From NCBI GenBank assembly GCA_040357565.1, contig JBDODJ010000031.1: a stretch of 64,000 nt of DNA. One strand, given 5' to 3'. The translations under genes and the position numbers were made by a program. The DNA is from Cercozoa sp. M6MM (taxonomy: Eukaryota > Protista > Endomyxa: Ascetosporea). Positions 48,236 to 64,000 of this stretch are shown piece by piece. Numbering within the stretch: position 1 is the stretch's first letter; the number at the start of each line of letters is the position of its first letter. The notes beneath the pieces were generated by a model. That model searched no databases. It had not been told where the DNA came from and was given only the letters and a program-made list of their open reading frames with translations.

Positions 48236-50855
48236 ATGGAGGAAAGCTATCAGGGTGACCCACAGCAGCCGTATAATGTCAGTAGGTATGTTGTGGCATT
48301 TCGGAATGCATCGAGTTTTAATTTTAAGTGGTCATCGTTTTTTTTTTTTTTTTGCACAAAGCGATGAGGGTGACGACATCGCTTTCGATGATGTGGGTGT
48401 AGCCTCGCTCCCCGGAAGTGTCGCCAATGTTGTTAAGGTATTGGCCCTCCCTTTCTTTACTTTTACCCGCTTGACCCCCTTATCCCCACCCCCACCCCCA
48501 CCCCCTTCTAACCCCCCCCCCTACCCCCTAGAACGTCATAGGCAGCGGAATCCTGTCGCTTCCGTTCGCTTTTAGACTGGCCGGTGCCCTCTTTCTGAGT
48601 TTGGTATGATGCATATGCCTGGTGCGTCACGTGCAATCTCGAGTTTAGGTTTGTGGCCGGGTTTGCTGCTGTTCCTTCTGTGCTGGGTGCTCTCGATCGC
48701 GACCTACCTAATACTCGCCAAGTGTGCACAGGAGGCTGCTGTATTGTTTTCTGTCCTGTCCTGGCTATGTAAGGTGTGTGGCAGGTGCGCGGAAAATCTG
48801 TGCATATGCGTTTAATACGCAGGAAAGGAGCGCCGCCAAGGGCGTTGCCTTTAGCTACAGCTACAAGGACGTGATGGCAGCAGCAAAAGGTCCGCGCTGG
48901 GCAATTGCTGTCGATTACACAATTTCTATCCTCAGCATCATTTCATGCACGAGCTATATCGTGCTAATTGGCGACTACGGTGCCGCCATGAACCTCGTAT
49001 TTTCTGGCATTCACTCACGTCCTGGCAAGTGTAGTACCATGAATAGGTGTGTTCGCCGGACACACTGTGTACCAACCGTGCCGTACAGCAACTGGTGGTG
49101 GCCGTTGGCATCCTGCTGCCACTGTGTTTGCTGCGTGACCTGTCACCTCTGTACCACCCTTCTTGATGCTGGCACACATTGTGGTATTTCAGAATGAACA
49201 CTTTAGGAAGTACATGAGTGTCGTTGGACTGCTTGCTGTTGTGTAACGTGCTGCTTTGCGATGTAACTACTCGCGATGTTGCTCTTGCATGTGTTGGCAG
49301 GTACACGGCCGTCTTTGTTGTTGTCACCGACGACACCGGTGATTCGGTTCCTGGTATGCGTGCTCGTTTTGGTTTCAATGAGGCATCCAAGCAGCAAAGC
49401 ATGGGTACGTAGAGGATAGGAAGCTAGACTGGTGGAATTTTGACGTGCAACTGTTCGAAAGTGTCTCTCTCCTGAACGGTATACATCTCGCATCTTACCT
49501 TAGCCGTACCCCTCGCCTTCTCCCACTGTTTTAACCTCGCAGCCACATTTTCGAGTCACTACAATGCACCGCGCTTCTACGCCGAACTCAAGAATCGATC
49601 GGTATGTTGCTAGTTGAATGTGCGTCTGTCTGTAGCTATTGGTTGGTGTGCCTGTGTAGATTAAGAGGTTTCGCGCACTGACAGTGTCGGCGTATGGACT
49701 TGTCGCTGTCCTCTCTGGCGTCGGTACGTTGTTAGGCTTTCTGCTTTTGTGCGGTTCATTTTTATGGGATCGTAGTGGGCGTTGGTGCTTATGCAACGTT
49801 CGGTCGGGCCACGAAAGGCAATATCTTGGTACCTTTCTTTTTGTTGTTGTGTATGAGCCTGTGATTAAGTACGAATGTGGTGGCTGTAGCTGAGCTACTC
49901 GGAGGACAATGTCGGCGCCGTTGTTGCGCGACTTGCCACTCTAGTTGTATGCTCATCTTCTTTTCAGTTTCCGCACTACCTTCCTTCCTTCCTTCCTTCC
50001 TTCCTTCCTTCCTTCGTTCCTTTATTTCTTCCTTCTTTTTTCCCTACCTTCTTTCCTCCTTTCCTCCTTTTCTTCATTCCGTCCTTTCTTCCTATCTACA
50101 CCTATTTATCTCCCTCCCTCTACGCGGGTTCGTCTACAATCACGCTGTCGTTTAGTAGTCAATCATGGGTACGTTCGCACTCGTGTTCAATGCGGGCCGA
50201 GTCGCCACCAGCAACCTTCTCGTGCGACTGCTCAATCGCATCGACAGAAGAGACGATAGCGCTATCAACAGCAGTGTCAGCAGTGATGACACCAGACTCC
50301 TGGTGGAGGATGGCAACTCTGTCGGTAGGATTGCTTTGTGCATGTCTCAGTCTGTGCAGTAATTGGTGTTTTGCAGGTGCCCCTCCCAGAGACGATTTGA
50401 CGAAGTCGCAGCGCTACGCTCTCACTATGTTTATGTTGATCTGCGTCACGACTGCAGGTACTAGAGGATCCAGTTGGCATGTGCGTCTCTATTTGATTGT
50501 TGTGGAAACAGGAGTACTGGCTGATGACGTGTCCACAGTGAATGCCATCAAGGGCGCTCTCACCAACTCCCCTGGTACCGTCGTTCCCTTGATTTTTCTA
50601 TCGGTTGTGCTACGCATGCGACGTTTTGTTTGTGCAGTTACATACATCTTTCCGGGCATGATCTGGCTGTCACTCGGCGACTCGCAACATCGGTGGATGC
50701 ATCGCTTCGCCTACTTTCTCATCGTTTTCGGAGTGGTTTGTTTGTGATTTTGATATGGATGCATGCTCGTGGTTGTTTTATGCTTTGCTTTCTTATAGTT
50801 CACATCAATTGTCAGTCTGTCGGTCACATTGGTCAAACTGGGCAAGACGAACTGA
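48236..50855 (+). CDS. Amino-acid transporter (Aa_trans / SLC38-AVT family)
   Basis: ASLPGSVANVVK|NVIGSGILSLPFAFRLAG, SYIVLIGDY, PLCLLRDLS, FAFSHC..HYNAPRFYAELKNRS, YIFPGM. Confidence 0.9.
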
Positions 50856-51000
50856 CTGGACTGTGCTCCCGCTTTACTGTACCGTGAGGTCATCGATAGC
50901 TATGTTTTGCGGTGCCGTGCTGTGCCTTCAGTTGAATCGTGCGGATACGGATTGGATCGAATGCGCGTGTGCGGGATTCCGCGCCGTCATTTGATTTGAT

Positions 51001-51700
51001 AGTTATAGTTAGTTCGTTCGGTCTATTTCGACACAAGTGTTACTGCACATTTTCAGTAGTCATTCTGACCCGTCCGCGTGGAGGCCATAATCCACGTCCC
51101 AACAAGTTTGAGACAAGGAAGAAGTTTAAGAGTGTTTTGGCTTGATCTTGCCTGGACAGAGTCCTTGCAGAGAAGCAGAAAGCTCCGTCACGGCTTCAGC
51201 CTGGCGGAGTTTTTCTTTCTACACGCATTAAACGACCAAGGACGTCTTCCTTCGGTCGAGATCCAGTGGGATCACTTCGAGACCCAGTAGGGGTATTTCA
51301 CCTACAGTTCTAACGTTGACTCAACTGAGTGACGACTTATCTAATTGAATGATTTATTTAGTCTCTCCTTTCCCTTACTGATTGGGCCATTGAGCCGCAG
51401 TAACACAAGAGTCTAGGTCAGAGACGCGGGGGTCATCATACCTCCGAGAGGTGGCTTGGTTTCGCGCGCCAGCAGGCGTCTACTTCCGTTCTCTCCATGC
51501 GACACAATCGTCCTCTGCCGGGGCATGGACAACCTAAGCGAAGGGGCGACCTTGGCGCAGGCGATGACAGAAGACTTGGTGGGCTCACGTTTTGAGGCGT
51601 CGGCGTCCTTGGCCCTGCGGAAGAAGGGGAAGGGGACGTCTGTCGTGTGCGTTGGGTCGTGCTCGGTCCCATGTGCATTGCCTTCCTTCAGAAACACGCA
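51001..51700 (-). mobile_element. Decayed LINE ORF2 C-terminus and tail (copy G, divergent subfamily)
   Basis: Tail TAGTTAGTTCGTTCGGTC; reverse translation gives LLNFFLVSNLLG..PPRG (compare copy E SINLLG..APRG) and LRLGC...C..HL, resembling a CCHC remnant. Confidence 0.5.
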
Positions 51701-51706
51701 GCCTGC

Positions 51707-51782
<76 letters not shown>

Positions 51783-52165
51783 GGAGTACATTAAGAGGTC
51801 ATTTTCGTTCCAAGTCGGTTTGGTTTAATTGGTTAGCTAAACTTACCAACGCAACTCCTCTGTACCAGTCTTAATTAAGCATGGGGTGGCCTAAGTCATC
51901 GGATCCATACATATCGATCTCACCTTGTGAACAAATCGCGGATGAACTCAGACTGAGCGTGACAGTCGAGTGTATGTAGTTACTCAATTTTGGCTCCGGA
52001 GCGAAGTGAAAAGAACCCTCAGTTCATCGTCGGACGGGTTTTAATGCTGTGTGGCAGTGGCCACGCTGGATCGGTGTGACCGTATTTTGCTGCGCTCGGA
52101 AGTTCGGTTCAAGGCGTCGCGTTCAGGTTAATTGTCAAGTCGACTTTAGGTATTGTGCGGTGCTA

Positions 52166-52731
52166 ATGATTCGTGTGTGTCTTGTGCTGTCGATTTTGGG
52201 CCTCGCTACGGAGGCTTCAGCGTCCTCCGCCGGCGGCATTTCGAGTCAGTTCGCCTGCGTTTTCAAAAAAGCTGTGCCAGCCCATCGTTTCAACGCTGGT
52301 TTGGACAGGCTATATCGTTACCGTAAAGAAGGGTTCGCCTCAATTCGCAGCCCTCGACGTATCGGACCGCGCTGCGCTAAAGTTGAAGTTTGCCGAACTG
52401 TTCGGCGTTTCAAGCGAATCCATTGACGACGTTTTTGCAATGTACGTGAAATTTATTCCGAGTGAAGCCGGAGGCAAAAAAAAAACTATATACCTGATAC
52501 TTCTCACCGATATCGTTGTAGCGGTCGTGACTTTAAGGCGTTTTCTGCTCATGTGAGATGTCGCTTCAACATGACTTAAAGTCACCACTCAGCACTTTTC
52601 AATCCTTTTTTTTTAATTGCGCGCTTGCGCAGCTCTCGGAAGAACAGGCGACGACAGTTGCAGAAGCGAGTGCTAGCTTCGCTACTGTAGAAAAGGATGA
52701 GGAAGTGCGTATTTCGGGCAACGCAGACTAA
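52166..52731 (+). CDS. Small secreted Inhibitor I9 (subtilisin propeptide-like) protein
   Basis: Spliced: MIRVCLVLSILGLATEASA..S|SYIVTVKKG...DDVFA|IGRDFKAFSAH|LSEEQATTVAE..FATVEKDEEVRISGNAD*; I9 pattern YIV.xK / F.AF.A.L / VE.D..V. Confidence 0.7.
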
Positions 52732-52955
52732 ATATTAAAAAAACTATTTAGTTCACAGTCCGCGCGGACGGAAGATATACAACATTTGAAAGGCAGGAAA
52801 TTTAGCGATAGTCATTCGTACCACAACCTACGCGAGGCCCTGTCTTGAAAAGTAAGGAAGAGACGTGTTACCTGCTCAAATACAGCAGATACACTAATTT
52901 ATTCCGGCTTTTCCTGCTTTGATTGTCGTCTGGTTTTGACCGAACTGAATAACTG

Positions 52956-58304
<5,349 letters not shown>

Positions 58305-58363
58305 ACATCAGTAAATTTACAAGATGACACCGGGCAAGCGAGCATATGCTTGTTTAGGAGGGC

Positions 58364-59092
58364 TCAGTGGTAGCGATCGCTGTCTTGCGCGTGACGAGAT
58401 ACACTAATAGCACGAGCAGTGCCACTGCTAGCAAAAAAACAAAGAAGGCGATGCAGCGGCCTTTGACGTCTTCGTTTGTTGATTGCACACAATATTGAAC
58501 AATAGATTGAGTTGAATGTGTATACAAAGCTCTTCCAAGTTAAGAACTCAAGAGTACACGCGAGACACGAACGCCGCCGAACGCGCCGCGCGCCTAAGCG
58601 AAAGTCCATTGTCAAATCTGTCATTTGGTCAGTCTGTTGGTGCAATCTGTTGAGCGACTGCTCGCGTTCTTGCACTACCAGTGAGAGATATGGATGTACT
58701 TTCGATTACTAGCTAAACCCAAGAACACACGCACCCAACTGTATTGTGTCCAGCACGGAGTGTCTGGTTGCGGATAGCTGACGGCTCAGCGATAGGAGCG
58801 ACTCTTCGCGTAGGTCGCGTCTGTTTTCATTCCCCGCCTCCGAACGTTCGTCATCGTCTGCCGTAACCGCTTTGTTGCTGTCGGCTGCGTTTTCTTCTGT
58901 TTCACTATCGGTGTGCTATTGCAGACAAAACGTACGGGGGGGGGGGGGGGGGCACGCAGTGAACATTTTTTGTTACCGATTTGCAAATACGAGAAAACCA
59001 CTTCTGCGAGTACTTCCGTAGAGATTGCGTCGTCATTCTTTGACGTGCATACTCACATCGTCGACGTCGGGCGGCACGAAGCTCTTCAGCAT
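58364..59092 (-). CDS. Small R-SNARE (synaptobrevin-like) protein; exon structure uncertain
   Basis: QEREQSLNRLHQQTDQMTDLTMDFRLGARRVRRR resembles the R-SNARE core (ERGEKL..L...T..L...A..F...A..L.R). Confidence 0.6.
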
Positions 59093-59296
59093 GTTGATTA
59101 CCAAAGGTTGACAACGGAAACTTCGGTCTTTAAAACGACACAGAAACAGTCTGTTTGCAAAGCACGCGCTCTACCAACTGTGCTTTTGCCGGGAGAGCTG
59201 GATTCACAGAGTGGGTGTTGGCTCCCTAGGCAACAAACGAGCGGAGGAAAATACAAGGGATGATGCCGAAGTGAGAAAAATATAAACAGAATGCCG

Positions 59297-59308
59297 TACT
59301 GTACAGTA
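59297..59308. promoter_or_regulatory. Palindromic TACTGTACAGTA, candidate promoter element
   Basis: About 50 bp upstream of the GTPBP3 ATG in a divergent intergenic region; TACTGTA/TACAGTA recurs in other divergent promoters. Confidence 0.5.
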
Positions 59309-59360
59309 AACTTAGACTCGCAAATCCGTTGGCTGCATTGTAATTTAATCTTATTCTGTG

Positions 59361-61853
59361 ATGCGCACATTAGTCCGACTTTGTCGGCCACGTTTCTTTG
59401 GCTCGGCAACGTCGCTGCATTCACGTACATTTGAGAGCACAGGTAGCACATTTTAACTGCGTTCAAGCCATAGAAGAATTGGGTTTTCAGTTAACTCAAA
59501 CGACACGATTTTTGCTCTTGCAACGGGTTCGGGACAGGCTGGCGTAACGACTGTTTTTTTTTAACTGGTGTTGGTATCTGTTGTTGGTTGTGTGCAGCTC
59601 GCTGTCGTTAGAGTGAGTGGACCCCGGGCCTTGTACTCTTCTTATATTACCTGTCGTTTGCAGTTTTACTTCTGTGCACGTTGTTAGCGATGTGTTCACC
59701 AACATGGCGCGCACGCATTCGAAAGGACGTCGGTTTCGTCGAATCCCGCCTGCACGACAAGCCACTTTAGTGCAAATTCACGCGATAGATTCCGTAGGGC
59801 GGAAAAAAGAAGAAGAAGTGCTCGACCGCGATGTTCTTGCGTTGCTATTCGAGTCACCGGCGTCGTTTACGGTACCACTGAGTTAGTATCTCTGCTGGAT
59901 GTTTGTCTTTGCGGCTTTATATCTGCACGGACATTCTTTTTTTTTTTTGTTGTCTCTGTACAGGGTGAAGACACGGTCGAACTGCATGTACATGGCTCGG
60001 TCGCTGTGGTTGATGCTGTGTTGCGGCACATGGCATCTCTGCGTATGTTGACTACTTGTGTCTGTTGATATACTATCGATATCACCTTGCTTTCCACAGC
60101 CGAGGTTAGACAAGCAGAGGCAGGCGAATTCACGAAAAGGTACGGCGCCTTCCCTTCTGAATTTTGTGTTGTTGAGTCGTATCACTGTGCAGAGCCGTAT
60201 TAAACGGCAAAATGTCACCACTCCAGGTGCAGCTATAAGTTTGTCGCGTTGAGCGCTGTCCAATGATTCCACTCTGTTGTGTCTCACTTAACAGGCCGAA
60301 GCACTGGGTGACTTGCTGAGTGCGACAACACAGGAACAGCGGCGACACGCGCTGAGACAGGTACTCAGTGCTTTCAATAGTTACTGAAAGCTGAGAAGTG
60401 CGCCTTCAGATGGACGGTCGACTGGCGGAGCACGTGTCCAGCTGGAGGAACACATTGCTGTCTGTCGTTGCTGATGTAAAATCGATTGGTGTGCCATGCC
60501 TGTAGCTTGACTCGCCCGTTTGTCATAGATCGACACCTATCTCGACTTCGCCGACGAATTCCTACAGGTGCACTGACCAATTTTATTTTTTCCCGTATAC
60601 TACATATAGGCTTATTTCTCTGACTGCTTTGGGACTACTTTGTGACTGCTTTGTGACTGCTTTGTGACTGCCTTGTGACTGCTTTGTGACTGCTTTGTTA
60701 GGACGAAGAAAGTGTGTTGGAGCAACGAAACGTCGCTCCTGTTGTAGTTTCAGTACGCAGACAGATCGGGTACATCCTATGTTTGTCGTTCGTTCTTTGT
60801 TTTGCTGCTTTCACATGCACACTGCCAGAACGGTACTCGACTCGGCGTCGCAAGGAGCAATTGTGGATCGTGGCGCGCGTGTTGCACTCGTTTGTTTAGC
60901 ATGATTTACCGCAAGTACAAACAATGTATGGTGTCTGTTTAGGTCGGTGCTTGCAATGCCGGAAAGTCGTCCCTGCTCAACAAAATATGTCAAAGCGACG
61001 TTGCCATCGTTCACAATGAGGTATTGGCGGTCACTGTATGTCCTGTATTCCCTGTAGATGAAAATGTTGATTTATGAACGAAAAAGGCCGGCACCACGCG
61101 CGATACAGTTCACGGAAGCGTCGATTTAAGTGGTACTTGAGGGACGTTCTCGACGGAGCTATCCTGGTCCAAAAATTGACTTGCCCCGCAGGTTTAAAAG
61201 TGACGATGCAAGACACTGCTGGCTTGCGCGAGCTGCCTGAAGACCACCGTACTATGCACACTATCTATCAACCCTTTTTTAATGAGGCATGTACCTCACC
61301 ATGTGCTTGTGTTTTCATTAGATGTAGAAAGGGAGGGAATGAAGCGATCGCGTTCGCAGTGGAATGACGTTGCTTCTCATTCTGGTTATGTGCTGTTGTA
61401 CTTTATTAAAATTCTTAAACTACAGGCACACGTCCGTCTGGCAGTTTTTGATATGCAGCACGTCTCCGCCGGTGTCACCTGCTCGGAAACGGTGTCACTT
61501 GTGGCTCGTGCACTGACCGGCAGTGCCCGAAACAAGGATGGTTCAGTGAAACCGGTGATTTGCGTGCTGAACAAGAGCGATCTGGTGGAACCGTCGCAGT
61601 GGTCGCACTGCGAGCGATCACTCCGTGACTCACTGGCGGCTGCGGTTGCTGATGATGACACGTGTGATATCGCACGAGCACGTGCACTTGTCGATAGTGT
61701 TGTCGTTGTTTTCTCTTCGTGTCACAGCGCGAGCAGTCTCGATGATGCCGGTGTTGGTGCTGTTGAACGCGCCGTCAGCGCCAGTTTGAGACAGTTTGTG
61801 CCGGTACTGTGCGTGTGTGTGTGTGCGTGTGTGTGTGTGCGTGTGTGTGTGTG

Positions 61854-61900
<47 letters not shown>

Positions 61901-62297
61901 GTAAAGGTACGATGAGTGTACTTAGGAGAGCGGAACCAATGTGGTTTTGACAAGAAGAAGACATGCGGATGTGAGTTCATTTGAGACGTTTGTTTGTTTA
62001 CTGCTGGCTTGTGCGGTCGCAGAATGCTGCATGTCATGTGCACTCGTTTTATCTTGTGCAGCTGTTGAATGACGCTTACGACGATTTGTCCAACAGCATC
62101 GACTGCCTTAAAAGTACGAAATTTTTCTTTGCACGACATCTCTGTCTGTATCCTCAGCAGGAGAGGACGGAGCGGCACTCGCGAGTGAGCACGCACGTCG
62201 CGCCCTTGTCGCCTTAGACGCGCTGGCATGTGAAGGCCGTGTGGGCCACGAGGATATCCTCAACAAGATCTTCGCAGACTTTTGCATCGGAAAGTGA
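59361..62297 (+). CDS. GTPBP3: Mitochondrial tRNA modification GTPase MnmE/MSS1
   Basis: Presequence MRTLVRLCRPRFF, DTIFALATG, AVVRVSGP, GEDTVELHVHGS, GACNAGKSSLLN, GTTRD, DTAGLR, NKSD, terminal IFADFCIGK*. Confidence 0.95.
60621..60697. repeat. 11-bp tandem repeat (TGACTGCTTTG) x7 inside an intron
   Basis: Directly visible; ends at the TAG acceptor. Confidence 0.9.
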
Positions 62298-62455
62298 AAC
62301 TAGAGCCGAGTCAACGCGACGTCAAACGAACGATACTGTAAATAATATCGATGCTCACAGCAAATAAAATGCGTCCAGCACGAATCACTTGATGGCCAAG
62401 CAGTTTCTGCTGCGTATCTAGCATTGTGCCGAGTGCAACAAACGGCTATCCGCCA

Positions 62456-63211
62456 ATGCTGCGCCCAAAGGTAGAGATTTATTCCTTTGGCGAGGAGTGT
62501 CAGTCGAGATTTTGATTTTGCCTTGTCTAAACAGCTCGATCGAAAAGATCCCAATCAAATCCTCTTCCAACATGCAGGTACCCAGTGTTCAAAACGTGCT
62601 GGTGTTGATGGACACGTGTGTAACGTTTAGTTGCGGCTAGTTTTGCCGATTACGTTGACAAGCGCGTTTTGTGCTCGTTGCGCGACGGCAGGCATTTTGC
62701 CGGTACCTTTCGGCTGACACTCTCGCCAAAACTTTCATGCCTTTCGGTTTGCAGGCGTCTTCCGGAGCTTTGACCAATTCGGCAGTGTTGTTCTGAGTGA
62801 GTGTTGTACCGTTCTGCCTTGACACAGGAAACCTTCGCGGGGACTTTTTGTCTGGACTGTTTATCGGCTTTTTTCCAACAGGTGAGAGAATATTTGATGG
62901 CACTACCTTGCGTGAAGAGGAACAAGGAATTCTCGTGCTGCGTGGCGAGAACCTCGCCACCGTCGGCGGTACTTGTGCTGATTCTTCGTGCTACCTCTAT
63001 CATATTGTTGACTCTGTCTGTCGCAGTCCTCGACGAAGTAAAAGACGCTGAACTGATGGCGCAATTTAGATCTGAGGTACTTTTTTGTATTGTTGTGCAT
63101 CTATGTCTATTGACTGTTGAACCATGTGTTCAAACACAGACAGAGCCGAAGGCTGCATCAAAGCACGAACGACGGAAGTCGCTTGAGATTCCTTTTGAGG
63201 ATGTATTTTAA
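62456..63211 (+). CDS. LSM1: Sm-like protein LSm1
   Basis: YVDKRVLCSLRDGRHFA|GVFRSFDQFGSVVLSEC|CERIFDG...GILVLRGENLATVG. Confidence 0.9.
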
Positions 63212-64000
63212 CACCTTTCCGCCACCCGCGCGGCGACACACGACATTGCATCACATGGATTCTCATGTGGGTACCTGGCCACAAACGTGAATGAATGAAA
63301 TGCCGCTAGCAAGTCAAGAGTATTCAGTCCGCTTGAATTGATTCTTCCCGAGGAGACGATCGACCGGACGGAACTGATTTCGTTTGCGTCGCGTTGCGTT
63401 GCCGCCGCGTGTCCGTGTCATGCGGCCACGAGAACCTAGGTAGCGTAATTACGCCGAAATTACGCAGCGTATTTTTAGCTTCATTTGGCAATTTTAGCCG
63501 CTTTAGTTGTGCTCAGCATAATTTTACATAGTAGAAAACACTACACTGGGCATTATAGTGGCGCTAAGCCACTGTAGGCCAAAAACAGGACAATCGGCTG
63601 CAGAATTAGTTTTTTGTCTGGGAATTTGAGAATTAAATAAAATTTGGATATTTGTCTTTTTATTGCCGGAGGGCGGTCAAGGAGCTCCGAATACTGCAGT
63701 TGCTGTTAGACGACCTTGAAGAAACGTTGTCAAGCACGATCTTCGAAAACCGTCACGGCGCCCGGAGCGCCGGGACAAAATGAAACCCCCTTATTCGTAA
63801 TACTGTAGTATTACAGTACGAATACTAATCGGGCCGCGTGATAAACACCTGAAGGATACTTCGTCGATCAAGACTTCAACCCTCCGTGACATCTGCCGCG
63901 ACATTGACACTTACAGATGGGCAACCACTCGACGATGCGCGAGACACCTCGCCTCACGGGAAGCCGCATCGTCCACGCGGTGACCAGGCTATTGCTTCTG

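Noticed and set aside
60621-60697. CRISPR-like appearance of short repeats (also 8440-8545)
   Set aside because: Head-to-tail tandem repeats with no spacers, inside eukaryotic introns.

Overview
Eukaryotic genomic DNA from a compact-genome protist; the taxon cannot be assigned from the sequence alone. About 23 intron-rich genes use the standard code and very short GT-AG introns (mostly ~50-70 nt) whose donors usually read GTRY rather than GTRAG. Recognisable genes: NVL/Rix7, VPS50, a RING ligase, SRRM1, an ankyrin protein, cytochrome b5 reductase, PI3K, TMEM201/Ima1, PSF2, DOMON-cytochrome b561, a UBC12-like E2, RPL27, an amino-acid transporter, WDR35, MnmE/GTPBP3 and LSM1. Genes mostly alternate strands, with short divergent promoters carrying TACTGTA/TACAGTA. 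Main candidates for new biology: (1) a 326-nt, multi-hairpin, tetraloop-capped RNA element in the last RPL27 intron; (2) an RT+RNase H non-LTR retroelement whose ACTGAACTAACTAA tail repeatedly sits antisense just past host stop codons; (3) a fascin beta-trefoil fused to a multipass Cys-rich membrane protein; (4) a Cys-less pseudo-E2 and a stand-alone secreted I9 protease inhibitor. Gene models were spliced by eye, so ends marked approximate may shift. Most ORFs in the supplied track are exon fragments or artefacts.
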